Origin: Myxococcota bacterium
GTDB taxonomy: Bacteria > Myxococcota > UBA4151
Length of the DNA: 46,418 nt
Direction of reading: 5' to 3'
Assembly: GCA_036338695.1 (NCBI GenBank)
Contig: JAYZBQ010000056.1
Location: 1 to 46,418, forward strand
The notes under the pieces: model-generated
Databases searched by the model: none
The model's input: the letters and a program-made list of their open reading frames with translations, nothing else
What the model was told of the DNA's origin: nothing
Translations under genes and position numbers: made by a program
In this document: positions 26,759 through 35,934 of the stretch, piece by piece
How positions within the stretch are numbered: position 1 is the first letter of the stretch
Layout of the letters: the number at the start of each line of letters is the position of its first letter

Positions 26759-27118
26759 CTACTTTTTCGCTTGCGGGATGCGCTCAGCGATTCGAGCTTT
26801 ACGACCACGCAGCTTACGCATGTAGTAGAGTTTCGCCCGACGAACCTTACCCAAGCGCTTGACCTCAATCTTCTCGAGGCGGGGCGAATGCAGCGGGAAG
26901 ACACGCTCGACGCCAACACCGTCCGATGCGACCTTGCGGACCGTGAAGGTTGAGCCCGTGCCGTTGTTGCTACGGGCGATGCAGACGCCCTCAAAGACCT
27001 GAACGCGCTCTTTCGAGCCTTCGCGGATCTTGGCGTGGACCGTCAGGGTGTCCCCGGCGCGGAAGGCGGGGATCTCTTCTTTGAGATACTCTTTCTCAAG
27101 CTGATCGATGATGTTCAT
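26759..27118 (-). CDS. rplS: 50S ribosomal protein L19
   Basis: [51 protein letters not shown]. Confidence 0.98.
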   Translation of the reverse strand: MNIIDQLEKEYLKEEIPAFRAGDTLTVHAKIREGSKERVQVFEGVCIARSNNGTGSTFTVRKVASDGVGVERVFPLHSPRLEKIEVKRLGKVRRAKLYYMRKLRGRKARIAERIPQAKK

Positions 27119-27172
27119 GACCGGCTCCTCTTCTCATCACAAATTGACCCGCCAGCGGCGGAAGCGGAGCGC

Positions 27173-27201
27173 CCCTTAGCCAGGTGCCCGGCGGCAAGCA
27201 A
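27173..27201 (-). promoter_or_regulatory. Putative sigma-70 promoter of rplS
   Basis: Minus strand TTGCTT-N17-TAAGGG. Confidence 0.4.
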
Positions 27202-27527
27202 GCAAAAAGCCCTCAAGCGAGGCGCCGCACCTTGCGTGGCCACGGCATACATACCCAACGCCGCCCCCGCCTGCCGGTGAGCAGATGCCGCTCACTGAAT
27301 CGCTGCTCACTGCAACGGATCGGCGACGCCCTCGGCACCGCCCGTCGCTGAACCGCTGTTCACCGGCGCGCCGATCGGCTACCCGCTCCGCCTTTCGTTG
27401 GCTCTCGACGCTTGTTGAACGCAGCTCGAAGCCCCGAAAACGTGCTGAATTTAAGCAGCCCGAGCGCAACTGCGCACAAGCTTTCCACCTACCCCCAACA
27501 AAAGCGAAAATAGTTTCCCAGCAGAGC

Positions 27528-27555
27528 TTGACAGGTGAAATATCTACACCACAAT
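27528..27555 (+). promoter_or_regulatory. Putative sigma-70 promoter of the acyl-CoA dehydrogenase gene
   Basis: TTGACA-N16-CACAAT in a locally AT-rich stretch. Confidence 0.5.
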
Positions 27556-27565
27556 CATGTTAGAC

Positions 27566-27579
27566 TGAATGACCATTCA
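27566..27579. promoter_or_regulatory. Palindromic operator, TetR/FadR-like
   Basis: Perfect inverted repeat TGAATG-AC-CATTCA between the putative promoter and the RBS. Confidence 0.6.
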
Positions 27580-27599
27580 TTAGAGCGGAGCGGAGCACC

Positions 27600-29360
27600 A
27601 TGAGCAACCCATTCGATACCGGCGGCGGTTTCCTTCCAGTAGACGGTCTGGAGTTCTCCATCGTCACGCCTGAGCAGTTCAGCGAGGAGCAACAAGCCTT
27701 CGCCCAAGCGACGGTCGAGTTCATGGAGCGGGAGATCCTCCCCCACCGCGACGCCCTCGAGGCTAAAGACTTTGATCTCATGCGAGAGATGATGGCGAAG
27801 GCAGGCGAGATGGGGCTCCTCGCTATTGAGATCCCAGAGAAAGACGGCGGTTTAGGGCTTGACCTGACGACGGCGTGCATCGTCGCAGAGAAGATCGCCA
27901 CCGACTCGAACTTTGCGACGACGCACCTTGCGCATACCGGGATCGGCACGCTCCCGATCGTCTACTTCGCGAACGAGCACACCAAGGCGATGGTGCTCCC
28001 CAAAGCCGCCTCAGGTGAGTGGGTGGGCGCATACTGTCTTACCGAACCAGGGTCTGGCTCCGACGCGCTGGCAGCGCGTACCCAAGCGATCAGCGTCGAC
28101 GGCGGATTCTCGGTTACCGGGAATAAGCAGTTCATCACCAACGGCGGCTTCGCCGACTATTACACGGTCTTCGCACAGGTGAACCCGTCGTCCGCAGAGG
28201 GCGGGCGGAATTTTACGGGGTTTCTCGCCCTGCGCTCTGAAGGCGGTATCGAGCCTCAAGCCGAGGAGCACAAGATGGGTGTGCGCGGCAGCTCGACCAC
28301 GCCGGTCCGGTTTGAGGAGTGCTTCATCCCAGCGAATCAGCAGCTCGGCGAGGAGGGCAAAGGGCACCGGATCGCCTTTGGCATCCTCAACATCGGGCGG
28401 CTCAAGCTGGGCGCCGCGTCGGTCGGCGGAGCGAAGATCGCCCTCGGTGATGCCATCACCTACACCAAAGAGCGCAAACAGTTCGGTCGCTCGATCGCTG
28501 ACTTCCGCCTCACTAAGCACAAGATTGGGACGATGGCGGCGGACATCTACGCGGCCGAATCGATCCTCTATCGCTGCTCGGGTGATATCGACCGGAACAT
28601 CCACAACCTCGACGCCGCAGCCGACGACTTCGCCGAAAAGAAGATCAAGGCGATCGAAGAGTTTGCGCTCGAGTGCGCCGTCAACAAGGTCTACGGCTCC
28701 GAGGTCTTGAGCCGTGTGGTCGACGAGTGCGTCCAGCTGCACGGCGGCTACGGGTTCATCTCGGAGTACCCGATCGAGCGAGCCTATCGCGACTCACGCA
28801 TCAACCGAATCTGGGAAGGTACGAACGAGGTTAACCGCATGTTGATCCCGGGGACGCTGATGCGCCGCGTGATGCGAGGCAAGCTGATGAGCGTGATGCA
28901 GTTCCAGCAGCAGATCAGCCAGGCGCTCGCTTCGGGCGATCTCGGTCTTCCCGACTACGAGGGAGCGGCCGCTCCTGCGCTCAAAATCGCCGCTCAGCTC
29001 CGGCGCTTGAGCATCTTCGTGTCCGGCTTGGCAGCCGCCAAGTTCGACCGTAAAATCGTGCGAGAGCAGGTCGCCCTAGTCGCCTGCGCCGACCTGATGA
29101 TCCAAGCCTATACGGTCGATTCGGCGGCGCGCCGGGCAGCGCAAAGCGGCAGTGAGCTGCAGTGCCAGCTCGCCAACCTCCACGCGGCGATGACCGTCGA
29201 CCAGGCGCGCAGCTTGGCGAACCGAACGCTCAAGGACATTGACGCCCGAGAGGCGATGGGGCTGATCAGTCCCCTCCTCGATGATGGTGACCTCAACCTG
29301 ACAGAGCTGGCCTACAATGTGTCGGTGCCGCTTCTGGATGCGGGCGCCTACGCGGTGTAG
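27600..29360 (+). CDS. Acyl-CoA dehydrogenase (long FadE-like form)
   Basis: AYCLTEPGSGSD, KQFITNG, RKQFG, QLHGGYGF, RDSRINRIWEGTNE. Confidence 0.93.
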   Translation: MSNPFDTGGGFLPVDGLEFSIVTPEQFSEEQQAFAQATVEFMEREILPHRDALEAKDFDLMREMMAKAGEMGLLAIEIPEKDGGLGLDLTTACIVAEKIATDSNFATTHLAHTGIGTLPIVYFANEHTKAMVLPKAASGEWVGAYCLTEPGSGSDALAARTQAISVDGGFSVTGNKQFITNGGFADYYTVFAQVNPSSAEGGRNFTGFLALRSEGGIEPQAEEHKMGVRGSSTTPVRFEECFIPANQQLGEEGKGHRIAFGILNIGRLKLGAASVGGAKIALGDAITYTKERKQFGRSIADFRLTKHKIGTMAADIYAAESILYRCSGDIDRNIHNLDAAADDFAEKKIKAIEEFALECAVNKVYGSEVLSRVVDECVQLHGGYGFISEYPIERAYRDSRINRIWEGTNEVNRMLIPGTLMRRVMRGKLMSVMQFQQQISQALASGDLGLPDYEGAAAPALKIAAQLRRLSIFVSGLAAAKFDRKIVREQVALVACADLMIQAYTVDSAARRAAQSGSELQCQLANLHAAMTVDQARSLANRTLKDIDAREAMGLISPLLDDGDLNLTELAYNVSVPLLDAGAYAV

Positions 29361-29399
29361 CGGCTTGCCGCCGAGCCCGGGCTGGTCCAAAGGACCTGC

Positions 29400-31013
29400 A
29401 TGAGCGTATCCCTTCTCACGGCGTTGCTGCTGTCACCTCCCCTCGACGGGGTGACGGTCTTTGTGGGCGACAAGCCCGAGCCATTTCAAGCGGTCGTCTT
29501 GGACACGTTGCCGCACGCTTTAGGGCCCCGCGCACCGCTTATCCTGGCGCGCTTGAAGGGCGCCAAGATCGAACACACCGGCGTCATCGCTGGCATGAGC
29601 GGCTCACCCGTCTATCGAGACGGACAGCTGATCGGCGCCGTGGGCTACCGCTTCGGCTCGTTCAGCAAAGAACCGATCGCTGGGATCACGCCCATCGACA
29701 TGATGCGCGACACGCTCAAGGGCTTACCCCAAGCAACGCAGCGCGCTGCCAACCTCGAGACCGTTCAGGTGCCGCTCGTCGTCGCAGGTCTCGACGCTGA
29801 CATCAGCCAGACGCTCCTTCGCCGGCTCAGGGCAGTGACCGCTGCGCCGCTGCGCGCCGTGGCGGGCGGCGGCTTCTCGAGCGGTGCGACGCCGAGCCAC
29901 CTCGTCAACGGAGGCGCCATCGCTGTGGTGATGGCGAAGGGTGATATCAACCTGTTCGGGCTCGGGACAGTCACCGAGGTCCGCAACGACACGTTTATCG
30001 GCTTTGGTCACCCGATGTTCGGCTGGGGCGCTGTGAACATACCGGTTGCGACGGCGACGGTCTCAACGACCATCGCGTCGCCCGAGAACGCCTTTAAGAT
30101 CGGTCGCCTCGGCCGGGTCGTCGGCGCCATGACCCAAGACCGGCTGCCTGCGATCGCTGGCAGGCTGGGTCCGCCCCCTGCCATGATCCCCGTGCGCGTG
30201 GACGTCGGTGAGGCGAAGCCGATCGAGGTGGACGTCGCGATTCACCGCCGGCTGACCCCTTCATTGCTCGCCTCGGTGACCCAACAGGCGTTACGACGTC
30301 GGCTCGGCTTTGAAGCCGGCGGAACCCTAGGGTTGACCGGCACCCTCGAGACAGACGCAGGAAACGTGCGGATTGACGAGTGGGTGGCTCACCCCCACCA
30401 CCCAGGGACGTCGGGTGCTGTGGCCCAGACGCTGTATTGGATGTCCGAGCTCTTGCTCGACAACCCTCTCGGCGGCGTCGCCATCCGTAAGGTCGAGCTC
30501 AAGCTTCATCGCGCCGCAACCACGCACGTCGAGTCACTGCGCAGCCTTGAGGTGCTGAACCCGACCCCACGTAGCGGCGACCCACTCGATCTTCGCTTAC
30601 GCTGGCGGCGATACCAACAACCTGACCGGATGCAGTCGGTCTCGCTCCCCCTAGACACCAGCCTCAGCCCGGGCACGCTGCAGGTGATCGTCGCGGCGGG
30701 ATCAGCTGTCGACGCCGTCGAGCGCCACTGCGGCGACGGCGCACCACCTCGAACGTTGAACCAGCTCATCCCGTGGCTGAACGCCCGAGCGTCGGCTCGG
30801 CAGCGAGCCATCTATGTGGTCCGCTCGATGGCGACGCAGTCCTTCGGGACCGGGCGCATGGTGCGGGCACGCTGGGACGACCGCCTGCCGAAGGTCGACC
30901 TCGACGCCGAACCCGGCAACTGCCTTATCGTTGCCCGCCACCGCCTTGACGAGGCTGCCGGGCCGGTGGTCGCCAACGAGGTCTACTCGATCGAACTCCA
31001 AGGAGCGCCCTAA
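29400..31013 (+). CDS. SpoIVB peptidase S55-domain protein
   Basis: GVIAGMSGSPVY.DG.LIGAV, GITPI..M, GTVT and GFGHP motifs. Confidence 0.85.
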   Translation: MSVSLLTALLLSPPLDGVTVFVGDKPEPFQAVVLDTLPHALGPRAPLILARLKGAKIEHTGVIAGMSGSPVYRDGQLIGAVGYRFGSFSKEPIAGITPIDMMRDTLKGLPQATQRAANLETVQVPLVVAGLDADISQTLLRRLRAVTAAPLRAVAGGGFSSGATPSHLVNGGAIAVVMAKGDINLFGLGTVTEVRNDTFIGFGHPMFGWGAVNIPVATATVSTTIASPENAFKIGRLGRVVGAMTQDRLPAIAGRLGPPPAMIPVRVDVGEAKPIEVDVAIHRRLTPSLLASVTQQALRRRLGFEAGGTLGLTGTLETDAGNVRIDEWVAHPHHPGTSGAVAQTLYWMSELLLDNPLGGVAIRKVELKLHRAATTHVESLRSLEVLNPTPRSGDPLDLRLRWRRYQQPDRMQSVSLPLDTSLSPGTLQVIVAAGSAVDAVERHCGDGAPPRTLNQLIPWLNARASARQRAIYVVRSMATQSFGTGRMVRARWDDRLPKVDLDAEPGNCLIVARHRLDEAAGPVVANEVYSIELQGAP

Positions 31014-31015
31014 TC

Positions 31016-32968
31016 ATGATCTTCGCATGGCTACTCGTGGCGGCGACTCAGGTTATTCATCTGGAAGGACCTGATGACTTTGACCAAGGCACCTTCGACG
31101 GCACCGCCCTGACCCGCCAAGGCAAACTCGTCGCAGCTGAGGCCTACGAGCGGGCGCGCTCGCTCGACGGGGTTGTGCTGACCGCGCTCGGTGACGGTCG
31201 GCTGCTTCTAGGCTCTCCTTTACGTCTGATCAAACCGGGTGGAGAGGTCGAGCTTAGCGACGCGGAACGCAGCGCCGGCAACGCCTGCACGGGGCGCGCA
31301 GGCACCTACGTCTCGGCGATGCCTGGGGGCTTACTTCGCTTCCGAGCGCGCAGCGCCAAGACCTGGCAAGTGGTTGCGCTGCCCTCGAGTCACCGTTCGA
31401 TCTGGGGCGTTGCCTGCACTCGCCGCGGGGCGCTGATCGCCACGGGGCAGCCTGCCGCGCTGTATCGTCTGAGCGGTGCCAAGGTCGTAGCCAAGGTCAA
31501 GGTCCCGAGCGAGGGCTTACGCAGCGTGACCTCTGTCGGCGACGATGTCTTTGCCGGCGGCCTCACCGACGGGCGCGTGTGGCGCTGGCGAGGTCAGGCG
31601 CTCACGGTGGTTCACGTCGCCCCTCACCCCGAGGTCAAAGAGCTGCTCGCCGCCCCAACGGGTCGACTCATCGTCTTGAGCATCGGCGACGCTGCCGATG
31701 ACGCAGCGGACCTGCCCGAACCACGCCCCGGCTCGGCAGGGAGCGGAGCGGTCGAGAGTCTTAAGCTTGAATCGCTCATGGCTGAGACGCTCTGGCGCGG
31801 CTCAGGTTCTACCCCCACCGATGCGCTGCTCACCACCAACGACCTATGGGTGGTGACGGACGCAGGCCGGCTCCATCGTATCGACGTCAGCGACGACGCG
31901 GTCGGCGTACGGCGGCGCCACCGGCGCTCATCCATCGCCGACGGGCGCCCGATTGAGGCGATCTGGCAGCACAAGAAGCAGCTGGTGCTCTACGGCGGGG
32001 GCTGGGAGCTCAGACCCGGGCGCGCGCGCCACCGCTATCGCTCGCCCGTTCTCGATGCGGGTGGGCGCCTCGCCCACTGGGGAGCCCTGCGCGCAGACGA
32101 CCAGGCGATCCGATCGGTCCGCTGGCGATTTGGTCAAGACCCAAGCCTCAAGGGCTGGACTGGCTGGCAGGAGACGCCTGGCGCCGTCGCGCGCTACGCC
32201 CAATTCGAGCTTGAGCTCAACGCAACCGCCGAGGTGGCGCATCTCGAGCAGTTTGTGCGCGCCGTCAACGGGGCGCCCGACATGATCTCGGTCTCTGCCT
32301 TGGCGCCCAGCACCCGGCTTGAGCCTAAGCCGGTCGATCTGCAGCACGAGAAGGGCGTCACGCTACCCGACGACGATCTGGAGGATTACCAAGTGGGCGC
32401 TGCTCGTGAGCGCCCCGCGGCGCGTGCGCGCATGACTCGGGTTCACGGCTATCGCTCGGTCACCTGGAAGGCAGAGGATCCAGAGGACGACCCCCTGGTC
32501 TTCGAGGTCCGTCTCCATGAGCTCACAGCCAAGGGGCCACGGCTGATACGCGCCTGGCAGCAGACGCTCCACTACACGACACTTGCGACCTCGGCACTGC
32601 GGCATGGCGTCTATCAGGTCGAGGTCCGCGTCCGCGACGGTCAGAGCGAATGGTCTCGCCCGGCGACGACGCGCTCCTTCTTGAACGATCTGCGCGCTCC
32701 GACGCTCCAGCTGGTCCGAGATGGCCGCGCCCAAGGGCGCCTGCGCCTCAAAGTCTCGGACGACGACTTTACCGTGGCCGTTGTCTGCGGCGACCAAGAG
32801 CGCCGAGTGGAGCTCTTGCCGTCGGATGGCGTCGCCGACAGCCGAACCGAACACTTTGTTTTACCAACAAAGAGCTGGGTCAAAGAGCTCAACCTTGAGC
32901 GATGTGAGGCGATCGACGCCTCCGGAAATCGGCGCGGCATCGATCTGCCCGCAGCGGGTGCGCGCTAA
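31016..32968 (+). CDS. Exported beta-rich protein (beta-propeller-like plus Ig/FN3-like), partner of the S55 protease
   Basis: 2 nt after the S55 gene; F.QG.F.G.AL...G.L start; WD-like repeats; VTWKAEDPEDDPL.F and G.YQVEVRVRDG. Confidence 0.65.
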   Translation: MIFAWLLVAATQVIHLEGPDDFDQGTFDGTALTRQGKLVAAEAYERARSLDGVVLTALGDGRLLLGSPLRLIKPGGEVELSDAERSAGNACTGRAGTYVSAMPGGLLRFRARSAKTWQVVALPSSHRSIWGVACTRRGALIATGQPAALYRLSGAKVVAKVKVPSEGLRSVTSVGDDVFAGGLTDGRVWRWRGQALTVVHVAPHPEVKELLAAPTGRLIVLSIGDAADDAADLPEPRPGSAGSGAVESLKLESLMAETLWRGSGSTPTDALLTTNDLWVVTDAGRLHRIDVSDDAVGVRRRHRRSSIADGRPIEAIWQHKKQLVLYGGGWELRPGRARHRYRSPVLDAGGRLAHWGALRADDQAIRSVRWRFGQDPSLKGWTGWQETPGAVARYAQFELELNATAEVAHLEQFVRAVNGAPDMISVSALAPSTRLEPKPVDLQHEKGVTLPDDDLEDYQVGAARERPAARARMTRVHGYRSVTWKAEDPEDDPLVFEVRLHELTAKGPRLIRAWQQTLHYTTLATSALRHGVYQVEVRVRDGQSEWSRPATTRSFLNDLRAPTLQLVRDGRAQGRLRLKVSDDDFTVAVVCGDQERRVELLPSDGVADSRTEHFVLPTKSWVKELNLERCEAIDASGNRRGIDLPAAGAR

Positions 32969-33034
32969 AGCGCCCTTGTCTCGGGGCCAGCAAAGCCCTA
33001 AGGCTTCTGCGCTCTTGGATAAGGTGCAAAGCGT

Positions 33035-34120
33035 ATGAAGAAGGTCTTTATCGTCTTTTTGGCGTTCGCTGGTATCGGCGGTGTTGCGGTCTGGCAGTGG
33101 TATGATTCGGGGATCAATGAGCGCCAGGTGCGATACGAGCGAGACATCGCTAAGCTGCGGCAGAAGCTCCTACGGAACCTCCCCCAGGTTGTGAGCATCG
33201 ACGAAAACTACAGCGACGAGATCCGCAGCTGGCTGTCCATCTACTTCCGCGAGGTCGCTGCGCTGCAGGCGCGCCGGGAATACAAAGAATATCCGGCATT
33301 CTTCACCCAAGATGCCAAGCTCAAGCAGCTCGATGAGCAGATCGCCAAAGGCATGATCGCTCAGAAGAAATACGACAGCGACAAAGAAGCCTACGAGTTC
33401 ACGAAGGGCGTCTTCGATAAGATGCGTATGGGCGACTACAACCCTGAAGTGACCATGCGCAAAGACAGCTTCCGGCTGGATCTCTTCAACATCCGCAAGG
33501 ATGAGGTCGGCGGCAACCAAACGCTGCTTGCGGACTTTGCCATCTGGAACAATCCAGGTGAGCTCGGGTACGGCCCTTGGTCGTCGACGATCTGCTTGGG
33601 ACCGAACACGGTCTCGGAGGGTCAAAAGGCGCTTGAAGACTTTGAGGCGTGGAAAAAGGAAGCACTTGAGATCGTCAAGAGTCACATCGACGAAGCGGAA
33701 GAGTTCGCCAAGAGCGAGGCGAAAGTGCGCCGTGAGCCCTTCAAGCCGCTTGAGAGCATCCGCATGGACGCCTTCGGCGGTGAGCTCAAGCTCCCGCTGG
33801 ACGAAGAGGCGTTCTACAAAGACCTGTGCATCAAAGGCGGTCGGCGCGTGATCGACTCAGACAGCTCGGAACCTTACTTCCCCCTTGAGAACCCGTCGAA
33901 TTTGGTCCCGGACTTCCCGCCGGGCGTCTTCATCGGTCAGTTCATGCTGCCGCTCGTTCCGGCACATACGAAGTATATGACCATGGAGATGAACTTCAGC
34001 ATGCGCACCCCCAACGGCACCACCGTCGAGCTCCCCTTGTCGGTCGAGCGCTGGGAGCTGGATGACAGCTGGAAGATGGAAGCCGGTCGCGACTGGCAAG
34101 ATGCGAAGGTCGCCGACTAA
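33035..34120 (+). CDS. Hypothetical N-terminally membrane-anchored protein
   Basis: MKK followed by a hydrophobic helix; 361-aa ORF with strong GC3 coding bias. Confidence 0.8.
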   Translation: MKKVFIVFLAFAGIGGVAVWQWYDSGINERQVRYERDIAKLRQKLLRNLPQVVSIDENYSDEIRSWLSIYFREVAALQARREYKEYPAFFTQDAKLKQLDEQIAKGMIAQKKYDSDKEAYEFTKGVFDKMRMGDYNPEVTMRKDSFRLDLFNIRKDEVGGNQTLLADFAIWNNPGELGYGPWSSTICLGPNTVSEGQKALEDFEAWKKEALEIVKSHIDEAEEFAKSEAKVRREPFKPLESIRMDAFGGELKLPLDEEAFYKDLCIKGGRRVIDSDSSEPYFPLENPSNLVPDFPPGVFIGQFMLPLVPAHTKYMTMEMNFSMRTPNGTTVELPLSVERWELDDSWKMEAGRDWQDAKVAD

Positions 34121-34209
34121 GCGCTCCTGCCCCCGAAAACGGCACGATTCGCCCGCATTTGTGGACGCCCCTATCCGTTTCGCCGATAATAGGTTGAACG
34201 GGAGGCTCC

Positions 34210-35334
34210 ATGGCTGTTGATCTTACCTCTGTATGGTACATCGCTCGAGACGGCGCGATTGTCTGGCAGGGCACCGCCGAGCAACTGCTCGCGTGGATCG
34301 ACGCCGGCGAGATCCAAGGGAGCGAGGCGGCTTGGACCGAAGGGTTCGACGCCTGGCTTCCTGTCAGCACGTCGGAGCAGACGGCCTGGATTCGAGATGC
34401 CGTCGCGCTGCATGACGACATGACGGGTGAGCTTACCGAGTACTCCAACCCGGAGGGCACGGCCGCGCTGCGCATCCCACGGCTCATTGACGAGGGCGAC
34501 AGCCCCTTCGCCGGCGAGCAACCGAGACGAAGCCGTCAGCGGGCTCAGCGTGCGCGCCCGAGCGTCTCGATCGGGCTGATCATCGGCATCGGCATCGGCG
34601 TTGCAGTCGCCTCAACCTGGAGTCTTTGGCAAGGCAGCGCCCCATCACCCTCAGCGCCCTCAGCGCCCTCGGCAGCGCCCAAGCATACCAGCGCACCACC
34701 GCAAGCTCAGAAGGCTGACGCAGGGGCAGTCACTCAAGAGTCCGCAGCATCGGATGCAGGGAAACAGGCTCGCGCGCAGCGCCCTGAACGTGACAGCGGC
34801 TCACTGCGTCCGTCAGCGAGTCGAGCTGCAGCAGCGCCAAGCACAGCGCCACGAGCATCAGCTAAGACGGTACGCGACACAGGCGCCCGAGCCGACGCCG
34901 GCGAGCCAGAGGCGGTGAAGGCGTCGACGGCAGACGCGGGCACGCCATCCCCTGCACCTGCCGCAAAGGCTCCGGCTACCCCTCCTGCCCAACCTGCGAA
35001 ACAAGTGATCCGAATCATTCAAAAGAATAAAACCGGCGTCGCGCTACCGCAGGACTCGCTCAACCGAGCCGATGAGATCAAGCGTTCGATGAAGGTGCGA
35101 AAGGGGGTCTGGGACGCCTGCATACGGCGCGCTCAGAATGACTACCCCGCGCTGGTTGGCCGCATCACCTTCTCGATCAGCGTGACCAAAGAGGGACGTA
35201 TTAACGGGGTGACCGGTCCCGCTGGGAATCGAGGGGCTCAATACGCCGCAGGCTGTCTGCTCGGCGAGTTCGAGAGCTTGAAGTTTCCCCCCGGGCGTGC
35301 GGCGACGGTCGGTTTTCCCTACACCACCCCGTGA
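34210..35334 (+). CDS. GYF_2 (DUF4339)-like N-terminus, TM helix, Ala/Pro linker and AgmX/PglI (TonB-C-like) C-terminal domain
   Basis: WY...W.EGFDAWLPV; TM IGLIIGIGIGVAVA; C..RA...P.L.GRIT..ISV...GR ...CL......KFP; GGAGG SD. Confidence 0.72.
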   Translation: MAVDLTSVWYIARDGAIVWQGTAEQLLAWIDAGEIQGSEAAWTEGFDAWLPVSTSEQTAWIRDAVALHDDMTGELTEYSNPEGTAALRIPRLIDEGDSPFAGEQPRRSRQRAQRARPSVSIGLIIGIGIGVAVASTWSLWQGSAPSPSAPSAPSAAPKHTSAPPQAQKADAGAVTQESAASDAGKQARAQRPERDSGSLRPSASRAAAAPSTAPRASAKTVRDTGARADAGEPEAVKASTADAGTPSPAPAAKAPATPPAQPAKQVIRIIQKNKTGVALPQDSLNRADEIKRSMKVRKGVWDACIRRAQNDYPALVGRITFSISVTKEGRINGVTGPAGNRGAQYAAGCLLGEFESLKFPPGRAATVGFPYTTP

Positions 35335-35388
35335 CATCATTTGACAGCAAGGTCTCGGCTTGCGAGCCCATAGGTCGTGGAGGCGATG

Positions 35389-35934
35389 ATGGCTTCAGAC
35401 GACATCTCCAAAAACACAGACCAAGGCGCGCTGGAGCGCATGGACATCGAGGTCGAGCTCAAGGTGAAAGCCACCCGAAACGAGCAGGGCAAGGACGCAA
35501 CCCCTGGCGATGTAGGGGGCGAAGGAAACGACGCCTTTCGCGGCGCGCTGATGGCGCTGCTGATGCACGTCCGGCGGCGAATACTTGCTGGTGAGGACCC
35601 CGTCGAGCTGCGTCAGCGCCTGCTTGAAGAGGAGCAGCTCGATCAGCAACTCCTCGACCGGGTCTGGGTGAGCCTGCGACCTCAACTGATCAGCGAGCAA
35701 GAGGATAAGGGCATGCGGTTGCGCGTGCTCGGCGGGATCTGGGTGGTTGCCGGTGTCGTTCTTGCGGTGCTTGTCTACCGCTACCCCGAGTACGCCAGCG
35801 GGCTGGTGCGGGTGCTATCGCTCGTCGCCATCGCCGCGGGCGTCTTCTTCTTCCAGATGGGCAGCCGAGCCGCCGCCCTAGGCACAAAGATCTCTTCGCT
35901 GGACTGGAGTATCCAGACGCCCCCGAGCGACTAG
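35389..35934 (+). CDS. Hypothetical membrane protein with two C-terminal TM helices
   Basis: GGAGG 5 nt before ATG 35389; two hydrophobic segments. Confidence 0.65.
   Translation: MASDDISKNTDQGALERMDIEVELKVKATRNEQGKDATPGDVGGEGNDAFRGALMALLMHVRRRILAGEDPVELRQRLLEEEQLDQQLLDRVWVSLRPQLISEQEDKGMRLRVLGGIWVVAGVVLAVLVYRYPEYASGLVRVLSLVAIAAGVFFFQMGSRAAALGTKISSLDWSIQTPPSD

Noticed and set aside
27176..27563. Small ORFs in the rplS/acyl-CoA dehydrogenase intergenic region
   Set aside because: Arg/Ser-rich, no SD, no recognisable motif
34640..34680. Short tandem repeat CCCTCAGCG
   Set aside because: Encodes the PSA-PSA linker; not a CRISPR or independent repeat
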